Source: a bacterium
GTDB lineage: Bacteria > Oederibacteriota > Muellerivitia > Muellerivitales > Muellerivitaceae
Assembly (NCBI GenBank): GCA_035549195.1
Contig: DASZRK010000080.1
Location: forward strand, 36,376 to 100,375
Length of the DNA: 64,000 nt
Direction: 5' to 3'
Below are positions 20,372 through 29,007 of this stretch, piece after piece. Every line of letters starts with the position of its first letter. Within the stretch, counting starts at the first letter, position 1. A program made the translations under genes and the position numbers. The notes beneath the pieces were generated by a model. It was given only the letters and a program-made list of their open reading frames with translations, was not told the DNA's origin and did no database searches.

Positions 20372-21199
20372 ATGCCCGCGGATCGTTCGGCGTCCCTCTG
20401 GTCAAGGTTCCTCAAAAATAAAGCCGATCTCAAGGTGCGGGACGAGCTCGCGAAGAGTTATTTTTTTCTCGTGGAATCAGAGACCCGGAGAATGTTGGCG
20501 CGGTTACCAGCAAGGGCTTACTGGGAGAAAAAGGACGATCTTGGGTCCGCGGGCGTCATTGGGCTCCTTCAAGCCTTGGATCATTTTCAACCCCCAAAAG
20601 AGAAGCGGAGCGATCCGGGAAGGGCATTCGAGGCCTATGCCCGCTTCAGGATCCGTGGACAAATGTTCGATGAGTTGCGGACCCTTGATTTTGCCAAAAG
20701 GAACCTCCGAAAGCAGGCCAGGACCATCCAGGAGGCCGAACGGAAATTAGAGGCCAAACTGGGCCGGTCTCCGCGGGAAGAAGAAACGGCCAAAGCCATC
20801 GGTATTCCGTTGGATGAGTTGTATGAATGGATAGCTGAAATCAATATGTTGAACCTTCTTTCCTTGGATGCCCAAAGGGTCGAGGGGGGGGAAGGGAAGA
20901 CCTGGGCAGAAATACTGCCTGACACGCGTGCCGAAAATCCCCTTGATAAAGTTGAGAAACAAGAGAAAATTGAACTTGTTTCCCTTGCCTTGGGTCGGTT
21001 GGGCGAACCAGAACAGAAAGTCCTCCACCTCTATTATGTGGAATTACTCACTTTCAAGGAGATCGGTAAGGTCCTCCGGGTGAGCGAGTCCAGGGTTTGC
21101 CAGATTCATCACATGGCCGTTTATCGTTTGCAGGAACTCGTGGACGAAAGGGGGCTGCATGCCAACAGCCAAGGACGCCAACGGCTATCTGACCATTAA
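20372..21199 (+). CDS. fliA: flagellar sigma factor FliA (sigma-28 / SigD / WhiG)
   Basis: Region 2 (LVESETRRMLARL...IGLLQALDHFQP), region 3, and region 4 HTH (LTFKEIGKVLRVSESRVCQIHHMAVYRLQ). Sits after flhG as in Bacillus. Confidence 0.88.
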   Translation: MPADRSASLWSRFLKNKADLKVRDELAKSYFFLVESETRRMLARLPARAYWEKKDDLGSAGVIGLLQALDHFQPPKEKRSDPGRAFEAYARFRIRGQMFDELRTLDFAKRNLRKQARTIQEAERKLEAKLGRSPREEETAKAIGIPLDELYEWIAEINMLNLLSLDAQRVEGGEGKTWAEILPDTRAENPLDKVEKQEKIELVSLALGRLGEPEQKVLHLYYVELLTFKEIGKVLRVSESRVCQIHHMAVYRLQELVDERGLHANSQGRQRLSDH

Positions 21200-22841
21200 G
21201 ACCCAATCCGATGGTATTTTTTTGACCGTTTTTCCCCCTGTTGGAAAAGGGGTCAAGGCAACTTTGGACGACCTGAAAAGGGAGATCCAAAAGGTGAACG
21301 TGACCCCGGACAATCCGGCCACACTCTCGGCGATCCTCCAACAAGCTTCAGGAAAACCCCAAAAGATCGCGGAGATCAAGAAGGTACCAGGTCAGGAGAA
21401 TGTCTTCGTTGAGATCAGCGACGATGAAATGCAAGCCAAACTTACGGTTGTCCCGCCCCAGAGCGAAAAGGATCATTTCACCAACATCGATGACGTCCGA
21501 GGCGCACTCCAGCGTAGGGGGGTGGTCTATGGGCTTGACGAGAACAAAATGGCCGAGCTGTCCGCCAAGTTAAGCCAGTTCGAGGGCGCCAAGAATATCA
21601 ATGAGCCGATCGAGATGGATATCGCGCTTGGCACCCCTGTTACCAATGGGGAGGACGCCCGGCTCGAGATACTTTATTCGCAGACGCCCCAGGAGGCGAC
21701 GCCCGCCGCACCCGAAGAGACGGAAGACGGGCGGGTCGATTATCGTGCCGCCCACAAGATCGACAATACCGCCAAAGGAACCTTGCTCGCCCGCAAAATC
21801 CCACCGACCAAAGGGCTGACGGGCATGACGGTCACTGGCAAGACCCTTCCGGCCATCGATGGCAAGGATGTGGATGTGACCATGGGAAAAGGGGTGGTGG
21901 TCAATCCCGAGAACAAGGATGAATGGATCGCTGATAATGATGGACAGGTCATCATCAAGGACAACAAGATCTCGGTCCTGGCCATTTATGAAGTTCCGGG
22001 CGATGTCAACCTTTCGACCGGGAACATCGACTTTGTGGGGACGGTGACCGTTCGGGGCGATGTGAAGGACGGGTTCAAGGTCTTTGCAGGCGAAGATCTG
22101 ATCGTCAATGGCGTGGTTGAGGGAGCGGAATTGAAATGCAATGGGAAATTATCGATCGCCGGAGGGGTCAGCGGCAACGATAAGGCCAAAATCGTTTGCG
22201 GTGGCGACGCTAATATTAAATACATCCGTAATGCCATCGTGGAGGTGGCTGGAAGTTTGACATCGAGCCAAGCGATCATGCACAGCAAGGTAACGGTGGG
22301 TAAGAAGGTCAATGTATCCGGCCAAAAGGGCGTTATTGTGGGCGGCCAGGTCATCGCAGGTGAACATGTCCATGCCGCCTCGATAGGCTCGAATTTTGCA
22401 ACACCCACGGAGATCGTCGTGGGCGAGGCGGTGGGACTTCGGGACGAGCTTCAAAAAATGGACATCGAATTGAAGGCGTCGCTGGAAAACCTGGACAAAA
22501 CAAAGAAGGGAATCCAATTCCTTAAGGATCTTCAGACCAAAATGGGGGGGAACCTTCCTCCTGAAAAAAAGGAACTACTGACAAAATTGACGCGGGCTCA
22601 ATTCAAGTTGATGGCGGACAGCAAGAGTATGGCCGAGAAGAAGCAGGAATTGGAGCGGAAGGACCAGGAAGGCGCCGAAGATAGGAGGCGCCATGCGAAG
22701 GTCACTTGCATGGGTGTCATCCACACGGGCGTCAAGATCACCGTCAACAAAGCCAGCCGCCAGATCTCGGAAGAATTGAAATATTGCACATTGACCGAGT
22801 CCGGTGGTGAGGTCAAGGTCGGTCCATTCAAAGGGAATTGA
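21159..22841 (+). CDS. FapA-like (DUF342) flagellar-assembly-associated protein with beta-helix repeats
   Basis: N-terminal GYLTIKTQSDGIFLTVFPP (FapA N-domain pattern). Central repeats GNIDFVGTVTVRGDVKDGFKVFAGEDLIVNGVVEGAELKCNGKLSIAGGV are typical DUF342 beta-helix. C-terminal coiled coil. Start overlaps fliA by 41 nt. Confidence 0.7.
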   Translation: MPTAKDANGYLTIKTQSDGIFLTVFPPVGKGVKATLDDLKREIQKVNVTPDNPATLSAILQQASGKPQKIAEIKKVPGQENVFVEISDDEMQAKLTVVPPQSEKDHFTNIDDVRGALQRRGVVYGLDENKMAELSAKLSQFEGAKNINEPIEMDIALGTPVTNGEDARLEILYSQTPQEATPAAPEETEDGRVDYRAAHKIDNTAKGTLLARKIPPTKGLTGMTVTGKTLPAIDGKDVDVTMGKGVVVNPENKDEWIADNDGQVIIKDNKISVLAIYEVPGDVNLSTGNIDFVGTVTVRGDVKDGFKVFAGEDLIVNGVVEGAELKCNGKLSIAGGVSGNDKAKIVCGGDANIKYIRNAIVEVAGSLTSSQAIMHSKVTVGKKVNVSGQKGVIVGGQVIAGEHVHAASIGSNFATPTEIVVGEAVGLRDELQKMDIELKASLENLDKTKKGIQFLKDLQTKMGGNLPPEKKELLTKLTRAQFKLMADSKSMAEKKQELERKDQEGAEDRRRHAKVTCMGVIHTGVKITVNKASRQISEELKYCTLTESGGEVKVGPFKGN

Positions 22842-22848
22842 GGCGAGA

Positions 22849-23496
22849 ATGGAAATCTTTTCCGTCCTTCAAATCGTGTTCGATGCAGTCCTCCTCTTTG
22901 GACTTCTTTTTGTCTTCCATTATTCGGTCAATCAATCCCAAAAGAAAGGCGAGGAGGCCCAGATCGTCAAAGACCTTCAGGTGGATGAGATCCGTGGGAA
23001 TCTTCAGGAACTCTTAATGACCCTCAAACAACTTGGGAAAGAGGTCTCGGAGAATCTCCAGGAGCAGGTTCGGGATGCCGAAGCGAAAACCGAAAAGCTT
23101 AAAAAAATGGTCACAAAATTGGATAAGGACCTCGAGAAAGTCCTGCGGTTGTCCGAGGCGGTCGACCAGGAACGTGACCACTTACAAGAAAAAGAAGCTC
23201 TTCTCAAGGCTTCGAAGAAAAGCAAAGGTTCCCCTCGAACCACACGAGAGGTAGAGGACCTTGCTGTCCGTTCTTTGCCGAATCCTCGCAATCAAACGGT
23301 CGATGCTTCGGAAACGGTCTTGGACGGCTTTTCAGTGGGGGGCGGTTCTTTTTCCCCTAAAGTTCTTAAAGAAGTTTATCGGTTGGCGGACACGAAGAGC
23401 GACCTTTCGGATATTGCTCATAAGACGAAACTGAGCCGGGCCGAAGTCCAATTGATCTTGAATTTGAGGGGGAACCGCTTTTCGACGCCGAATTAG
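22849..23496 (+). CDS. hypothetical membrane-anchored coiled-coil protein with C-terminal HTH-like segment
   Basis: N-terminal TM (IFSVLQIVFDAVLLFGLLFVFHY), long K/E/L-rich coiled coil, C-terminus SDLSDIAHKTKLSRAEVQLILNLR. No confident family. Track ORF starts at 22804; Met at 22849 avoids overlap with the upstream gene. Confidence 0.5.
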   Translation: MEIFSVLQIVFDAVLLFGLLFVFHYSVNQSQKKGEEAQIVKDLQVDEIRGNLQELLMTLKQLGKEVSENLQEQVRDAEAKTEKLKKMVTKLDKDLEKVLRLSEAVDQERDHLQEKEALLKASKKSKGSPRTTREVEDLAVRSLPNPRNQTVDASETVLDGFSVGGGSFSPKVLKEVYRLADTKSDLSDIAHKTKLSRAEVQLILNLRGNRFSTPN

Positions 23497-23519
23497 GTCG
23501 AGAACCATGCGGTAACTAG

Positions 23520-24131
23520 ATGGATCAAGGGGAATCTTTCGCAAGGATTGTGAAGCTTTCGGGACCCCTTCCGACAAGTCGGGGTCTGGAGCCGGTGGTC
23601 CAATGGGGGAGGGTCCTTGCGGTGGTTGGGCCGGGACGTTATTTGATATCCGGGGCTTCGGGAGTTAGGGTGAGTGCGGTTGGGGAGACGGGTTTGAAGG
23701 TGGGTGATCCTGTCAGGGTCTTGCCGTCCCCTTCAGCGACTCAAGCTGTGGACCCGTTATCGGAACCTGGACAACCCTGGACCGCATTCATCCCGCTTGG
23801 CTTTGGAGGGGCAAAGGCTGCCGCGAGATTGAAAGTTTATGTTGAGAAACAACGATTGTCGGTGAAGTCTGGGTCGGCGGTTTACCTGGTGCTGGAGTGC
23901 GAAACGGAACTCCAAAGGATGACGCAGTGGAGCCTTTATTTGAGGGGCCGATCGGTGGCTATCCAGGTCTTTCCCGGCGAAGGGGTGGAACCGAGCGATT
24001 CGCTCCTTGGATCGATCTCTGAAGTGGAGGAGAACCTGAAAAAAAAGGGCTTTTTCTTGACCAGTCCAACGGTGATCTTGAAAAGGAAGTTCTCTGTTCC
24101 GCGTGGGTTTCATTTGAACGTCAGGGGATAA
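23520..24131 (+). CDS. hypothetical protein (203 aa) immediately upstream of orphan FlhB-C gene
   Basis: Continuous ORF, GTG/ATG start region, no recognisable motif. Gene position resembles the FliK-like partner gene found upstream of orphan FlhB-C homologs in Firmicutes (recalled, not verified). Confidence 0.45.
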   Translation: MDQGESFARIVKLSGPLPTSRGLEPVVQWGRVLAVVGPGRYLISGASGVRVSAVGETGLKVGDPVRVLPSPSATQAVDPLSEPGQPWTAFIPLGFGGAKAAARLKVYVEKQRLSVKSGSAVYLVLECETELQRMTQWSLYLRGRSVAIQVFPGEGVEPSDSLLGSISEVEENLKKKGFFLTSPTVILKRKFSVPRGFHLNVRG

Positions 24132-24134
24132 AGA

Positions 24135-24434
24135 ATGAGCCCGGAGGCGCGTCCAAGACGCAAGCCGGCTCGAAAGACGGCGGTCGCACTTCAATATGAT
24201 AGGGCCAAGGGTGGCGCGCCGAAGGTGGTGGCCAAGGGTAGCGGGTTGATCGCCGAACGGTTGATCCAAATGGCAAAGGATCATCGGATCCCGATCCGGG
24301 AAGACAAATTGCTTGTGGAGGCGCTGGAACAATTGAACGTGAACCAAGAAATTCCTCCCGAACTTTATCAGGTGGTGGCGGAGATCCTGGTTTCGGTCTA
24401 TCGGGCCGAAAATAATTTGAAGCAGTCAAAATAA
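24135..24434 (+). CDS. orphan FlhB C-terminal-domain homolog (EscU/YscU/HrcU-family switch-domain protein, YlqH-like), lacking the NPTH autocleavage motif
   Basis: TAVALQYDRAKGGAPKVVAKGSGLIAERLIQMAKDHRIPIREDKLLVEAL parallels the in-window FlhB VAVALQYKDGMQAPMVLAKGERVIAERIKEMARKHGVPIVENPPLARAIL. 99 aa. Confidence 0.8.
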   Translation: MSPEARPRRKPARKTAVALQYDRAKGGAPKVVAKGSGLIAERLIQMAKDHRIPIREDKLLVEALEQLNVNQEIPPELYQVVAEILVSVYRAENNLKQSK

Positions 24435-24466
24435 ACGCGCCAATCGGCGGAAAGGGTAGTTCCAAG

Positions 24467-26557
24467 GTGCCAAAAATTACCAAGGGAAGCAAAGGTCTTG
24501 GGGCGGTTTTAGGGGTTTTGGCCTTATGGTTCATCGCCTTGCCTTCGAATGGCTGGTCCCAAAACACGGAGCTGATCTTCGGCCAGAAAAATTCCTTCGG
24601 GATCGGTCCGCGAGCGATCGGCATGGGTGGTGCTTTCGTTGCGGTGGCTGATGATTCATCGGCCGCCTATTGGAACGTGGCCGGATTGGCTCAGTTGAGC
24701 TCTTACGAGATAACCCTATCGAGCGCTCCGGTCTACTTCACGGACCAAGTGAATGGAAAGCAGGCTTTTGGATTCCCTTGGTACGCTTCGATGCAGTTGA
24801 TGATCCCGGTGGCCAAGGAAAACACCCTTGGCATCTCCCTTTTTCGCCCGTTCCATCCCCAATACGACTTTTACTCAGGAAATGCGACCCTATCCACGAG
24901 CCAAAGGTCTGAGGGGAGTTATCTTCTCAACCCAACCTTCCAAGAAAGCGACATTGTTCTTTCTTATGCGGCACGCTTTTCGGCGGTACGTAATTTCTCG
25001 GTCGGTGTGAACATCAAACGATTGACCAATGACCCCTATTATATCCGCTACTTTGGTTCGGATTCCCAGACGGTCACCGTCCTTTCCGATCCCGTTCGCG
25101 TCATCGGTTTCGGTGTGGATATAGGGCTGCTCTATCGGATACCGATCACGAAATATTCCGAGGAATTTCGGATCGGGTTGGCTTTGAACGATCTTGTCAG
25201 CCGTGCTCAATTTTCAAATGGATTGGTCATCAATCATCCGCCGGTGAGCTTCAATGTTGGGCCTGGTTTTGAAACACAGATCCCACCGGTGATCGCTTTG
25301 GGGATAGCCTACAAGAACAATTTCATATTCAAGATCAGGAACATAACGGCTTTTGATTTTGATCAGATCTCAGATCCCCGATTCGATGACGCACACAATA
25401 AATACATCCATTTCGGTACGGAATTTTGGTTCTTCAAGGATGTTTTGGGGGTACGGGCGGGGTACTCATCCCCCTTGAGCCGTCCTGGGGATATCAGTTT
25501 GGGTGGAAGTATCAGGGCCTTGAATGGAGATTTCCAATTGGATGCCGCGTATCTTCAGCCTGTGGGCCCGACGTTCGACATCAATGGCGGCCTGACCCAG
25601 AGCAATGCATCCGGGATCAACTATGAGCCTTTTTATATTGGCGCTACCTACCGCTTTGGCGGTGGGGAAGAGATCCCGCCTCCGAAGGTAAAGGCTTTTG
25701 TCCGCCCGGCCACATTCACTCCTTCGCAAGGTGAAAAGGCGACTTTCTACCTTGATACGACGGAAGATGTCACTGTCAATCGCTGGAGTGTCCTGATCTA
25801 TGATTCGAACAACCACTTGGTCCGAGGTTTGAGAGGGAGCGGTTCTCCGCCCACCCAACTGATCTGGGGTGGCGAGAACGATCATTACGAACCTTTATCT
25901 CCCGGGGTCTATACGTGGTCGTTCCAAGTGGAGGATCAGTTGGAGCATATCGGATCGACCCCGGTGCAAACGGTGGAGATCCTGGGCCCCTCCGAGGCCG
26001 GACCGGCCAGGGATCCCACGAAGCTTTATCAAATCCGTCAACAGCAGGCGGCTCTTTTGGCACAAGAAAGACAGCAACTGACCGACCTTGCCACTAGAAG
26101 CCTGCGGGATCTTCTGGGGCTTGTAGAAGCTACTCCGACAACGGCTAATGCCCAAGCAACCCAAGCATCGACCCCATTGGCGGGGAGCTATCCCGCTATG
26201 GGTTTGGAAGGTGTCAAGGCCTTGACACCCGGGGAGGGGCTCAATAGCCACCGTGAAATAGATCCGAATGGAAATAGCGTTCTAGTGGTTAGCTATAAAT
26301 CCAAGCTAAATGACGCCAACTACGTCATGCAGGAAGCGGCGGATGTCATGAAAAATGATGTGAAAACCACCGGAACTAAGGATTTTAAAACGATGTTAGT
26401 TAATGTATATTATGGGGCCCAGGGAAATGTCCTAAGCATGAAGGCCAATACAGAGGCGATCGCCAATTTTGAAGGTGGTCGGATTGATTTAGCGCGGTTG
26501 AAACAGCTGTCCGATATTTCGATCAATGGGATAAAGGTGGGACCGAATGGCCAATAG
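24467..26557 (+). CDS. outer-membrane beta-barrel protein of FadL/PorV-like superfamily fused to FlgD-Ig-like beta-sandwich and unknown C-terminal domain (paralog 1 of 4)
   Basis: Signal peptide. N-terminal hatch motif GPRAIGMGGAFVAVADDSSAAYWNVAGLA (compare FadL [26 protein letters not shown]). Alternating amphipathic strands to ...FYIGATYRF. Then KATFYLDTTEDVTVNRWSVLIYDSNNHLVRGL...GVYTWSFQVED resembles the FlgD Ig-like domain. ~200 aa extra C-terminus. Confidence 0.6.
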   Translation: MPKITKGSKGLGAVLGVLALWFIALPSNGWSQNTELIFGQKNSFGIGPRAIGMGGAFVAVADDSSAAYWNVAGLAQLSSYEITLSSAPVYFTDQVNGKQAFGFPWYASMQLMIPVAKENTLGISLFRPFHPQYDFYSGNATLSTSQRSEGSYLLNPTFQESDIVLSYAARFSAVRNFSVGVNIKRLTNDPYYIRYFGSDSQTVTVLSDPVRVIGFGVDIGLLYRIPITKYSEEFRIGLALNDLVSRAQFSNGLVINHPPVSFNVGPGFETQIPPVIALGIAYKNNFIFKIRNITAFDFDQISDPRFDDAHNKYIHFGTEFWFFKDVLGVRAGYSSPLSRPGDISLGGSIRALNGDFQLDAAYLQPVGPTFDINGGLTQSNASGINYEPFYIGATYRFGGGEEIPPPKVKAFVRPATFTPSQGEKATFYLDTTEDVTVNRWSVLIYDSNNHLVRGLRGSGSPPTQLIWGGENDHYEPLSPGVYTWSFQVEDQLEHIGSTPVQTVEILGPSEAGPARDPTKLYQIRQQQAALLAQERQQLTDLATRSLRDLLGLVEATPTTANAQATQASTPLAGSYPAMGLEGVKALTPGEGLNSHREIDPNGNSVLVVSYKSKLNDANYVMQEAADVMKNDVKTTGTKDFKTMLVNVYYGAQGNVLSMKANTEAIANFEGGRIDLARLKQLSDISINGIKVGPNGQ

Positions 26558-28100
26558 GCTTTTAACCCTTTACTTTTTGGTCGTTTTTGCCGTTTATTTG
26601 CCTGTTTTTGCGGCCTTTGACAAGGGTGGAGTTTCAGGGATCGGCGCCCGCCCGTTGGGTATGGGCGGGGCGTTTAGTACGATCGCCGATTCAGGCGACG
26701 CTGTTTTTTACAATCCGGCGGGGTTGGTCCAGGTCCTGAGGCCGGAAATCTCCGGTATGGGATCGGTCCTTTTGAACGGTAAAGAGGACCTTTTTGAATT
26801 GGCCTATGTCCAGCCATTCGGGGACCAGATGGCGTGGGCCCTTTCTACGCAACAGTTGTTCTTTACGGACGGCTCGGAGAACGAGCGTTTATACATCGGG
26901 ACTTTTGCGGCCCCCTTGGCAGTGGATAAGTCGATCTCCTTTGGCATCAATATCAAACTGTATGGTGTGGATTCCGCTACCCAGCCTGGTCAACAAGCCA
27001 GCGGGTTGGGGTTGGATATGGGGTTTTTATACCACTTGCCGATATTGGACCCCCGTTATGGCAAGCAGTTCAATATCGGTCTTTCGGCGGAGGATCTGGA
27101 CACCAAGATCCGCTATCAAGCCGGAAATGAGGACCCCATTCCTTTGCGGGTGAGGGGCGGGATCAGTTACGAATTTACCGATGACCTAGTCTGTGCTTTT
27201 GAATTCTCCGATTTTAACGACCCGAACCTTGCCAATCACAACACGCTTCTTCTTGCTGGGATCGAAGGGTGGTTCTTCGAGGATCAATTGGGCTTGAGAA
27301 CGGGTTACACCGGTTTTCAAACGCTTGATGGGCAATTTACCGCAGGAATCAGTTATCGATCCAAGACCTGGGGCATCGATTACGCCTATATTGGTCATGC
27401 GCAGTTTTTGGGTTCCTCCCACCGTATTTCAGCCAAGTGGATGTTCGGCGATTCCTTCCTGGGCAAGGTGAAAAGCTTTATTCCGGAAGGCGTCAATGCC
27501 GTAGTGGAAGGGGACATCATTTCCTTGCGTTGGACGAATTCACCATCCCTTTCTTTGGCCGGATACAATGTTTATTTCAGCAAAACATCGGGTGGCGGAT
27601 ACATCAAGATCAACCAGAAGCCGATAAAAGGTAATTACTATTCCTTGCATGGACTGGAAAAGAACACTAATTATTATTTCGTCGTGACTTCTGTCACCAA
27701 TACGGTGCCCCCTACGGAAAGCCAATATTCCATGGAAGTGGTGGCTGGAACGACTTCTGCCCCTGTGGCGCCGGCAGTGGTCCAAAGTGAGGTGCAGAAC
27801 GAAGGAGTCATCGATATCGCCAAGCAAGAGGGTATGTCGGGATGGGGTGATCCAGGTAAGAGTGGTCTCAAAGGCTACAATGTCTACATTTCCGAGGTTT
27901 CGGGAGGTCGCTTTGACAAGGTCAATGCGCAGCCTTTGGGCAATGTCCCGACCTACTTGGTCCGAAAGTTGAAAGTCGGACAACGTTACTACTTTACGTT
28001 CACGTCCGTTTCTGCGGATGGTGTTGAGAGCGCGCATTCGAAAGAGGTTTCAGCGGTTGCTTTACCCTATAACACGGTCGTTCAACCGGCCGGTAAATAA
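26547..28100 (+). CDS. outer-membrane beta-barrel protein of FadL/PorV-like superfamily fused to two fibronectin-III-like domains (paralog 2 of 4)
   Basis: Signal peptide. Hatch motif GARPLGMGGAFSTIADSGDAVFYNPAGL. Barrel ends ...SSHRISAKWMF. Then two ~90-aa repeats each with GYNVY(F/I)S..SGG...Y(Y)F(V/T)(V/F)TSV (FN3-like). Start overlaps paralog 1 by 11 nt. Confidence 0.6.
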   Translation: MANRLLTLYFLVVFAVYLPVFAAFDKGGVSGIGARPLGMGGAFSTIADSGDAVFYNPAGLVQVLRPEISGMGSVLLNGKEDLFELAYVQPFGDQMAWALSTQQLFFTDGSENERLYIGTFAAPLAVDKSISFGINIKLYGVDSATQPGQQASGLGLDMGFLYHLPILDPRYGKQFNIGLSAEDLDTKIRYQAGNEDPIPLRVRGGISYEFTDDLVCAFEFSDFNDPNLANHNTLLLAGIEGWFFEDQLGLRTGYTGFQTLDGQFTAGISYRSKTWGIDYAYIGHAQFLGSSHRISAKWMFGDSFLGKVKSFIPEGVNAVVEGDIISLRWTNSPSLSLAGYNVYFSKTSGGGYIKINQKPIKGNYYSLHGLEKNTNYYFVVTSVTNTVPPTESQYSMEVVAGTTSAPVAPAVVQSEVQNEGVIDIAKQEGMSGWGDPGKSGLKGYNVYISEVSGGRFDKVNAQPLGNVPTYLVRKLKVGQRYYFTFTSVSADGVESAHSKEVSAVALPYNTVVQPAGK

Positions 28101-28109
28101 GGAGTCGCG

Positions 28110-28895
28110 ATGCCCAGTGGTCTTTATATCGCAGCGTCGGGGATGGACTCGACCTTGCTTCGCCAAAATGTGATCGCGAACAATTTGGCGAATGTCGATA
28201 CGGTCGGGTTTAAACAAGATCGGACCGCCGACCTCGCCTTCCCGACCTACTTGATCGCCAGGATCCATGATCAAAAAATGTCGGTCCTGGATGGGACCGC
28301 CGAGGTTCGCCCTGCCCTGGGATTTGCTGGGGGAGGCGTGGTACCTCAAGAAGTGGCGATCGATCATTCCCAAGGTGCTCATTTAGAAACAAAAGCTCCC
28401 TTGGATTTTGCTTTGAATGGACAAGGATTTTTTTCGGTTCTCGATCCTTCCGGGAAAACCCTTCTGACAAGGGATGGGAGTTTTAACCTGGATGGGAATC
28501 AAAGACTGGTCACCAAAGATGGGTTGCCCGTGCTGGGACACAATGGGGAAATATACATCGATGGGAACCAAGTAACGGTCGATGAAGAGGGGAACATTAG
28601 CGTTGACGGAAAAGGATTGGATCAGCTCTTGGTGGTCAAGGTCCAGGACCCGGGAGGTCTTAAGAAGATAGGCCATTCGCTTTTTGAGGTCCGGCCGGGG
28701 AATAAAATTGATATGGCCCCGGACAACATCCAGGTCCAGCAAGGTTTTTTGGAACAATCCAACGTCAATGCGATAAGCGAAATGGTCAATATGATCGACA
28801 CTTATCGATCTTACGAACTTAATTCGAAGATCATTTCTACCTACGATCATTTGATGAATCAAGCCGCGACGCAGATAGGAAGTTTGAGGGTCTGA
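28110..28895 (+). CDS. flgF: flagellar proximal rod protein FlgF
   Basis: LYIAASGMDSTLLRQNVIANNLANVDTVGFKQDR and C-terminal SNVNAISEMVNMIDTYRSYELNSKIIST. Precedes flgG. Confidence 0.85.
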   Translation: MPSGLYIAASGMDSTLLRQNVIANNLANVDTVGFKQDRTADLAFPTYLIARIHDQKMSVLDGTAEVRPALGFAGGGVVPQEVAIDHSQGAHLETKAPLDFALNGQGFFSVLDPSGKTLLTRDGSFNLDGNQRLVTKDGLPVLGHNGEIYIDGNQVTVDEEGNISVDGKGLDQLLVVKVQDPGGLKKIGHSLFEVRPGNKIDMAPDNIQVQQGFLEQSNVNAISEMVNMIDTYRSYELNSKIISTYDHLMNQAATQIGSLRV

Positions 28896-29007
28896 AGATA
28901 GTTAGTTGTTAAACGGCCGGACTGCATTGCAGGGGCCGTTCTATCGCCGAACGATCGAGGCGATGGAAAGGGCGGGTCTTTTGTCCCGCCGACTCTAAGG
29001 AGGCTTT

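Noticed and set aside
28915-28931. Possible sigma-54 (-24/-12) promoter GG..N..TTGCA in the flgF-flgG spacer.
   Set aside because: GG-to-GC spacing is 10, not the required 12 positions of TGGCAC-N5-TTGC. The sequence is better explained as part of a hairpin.
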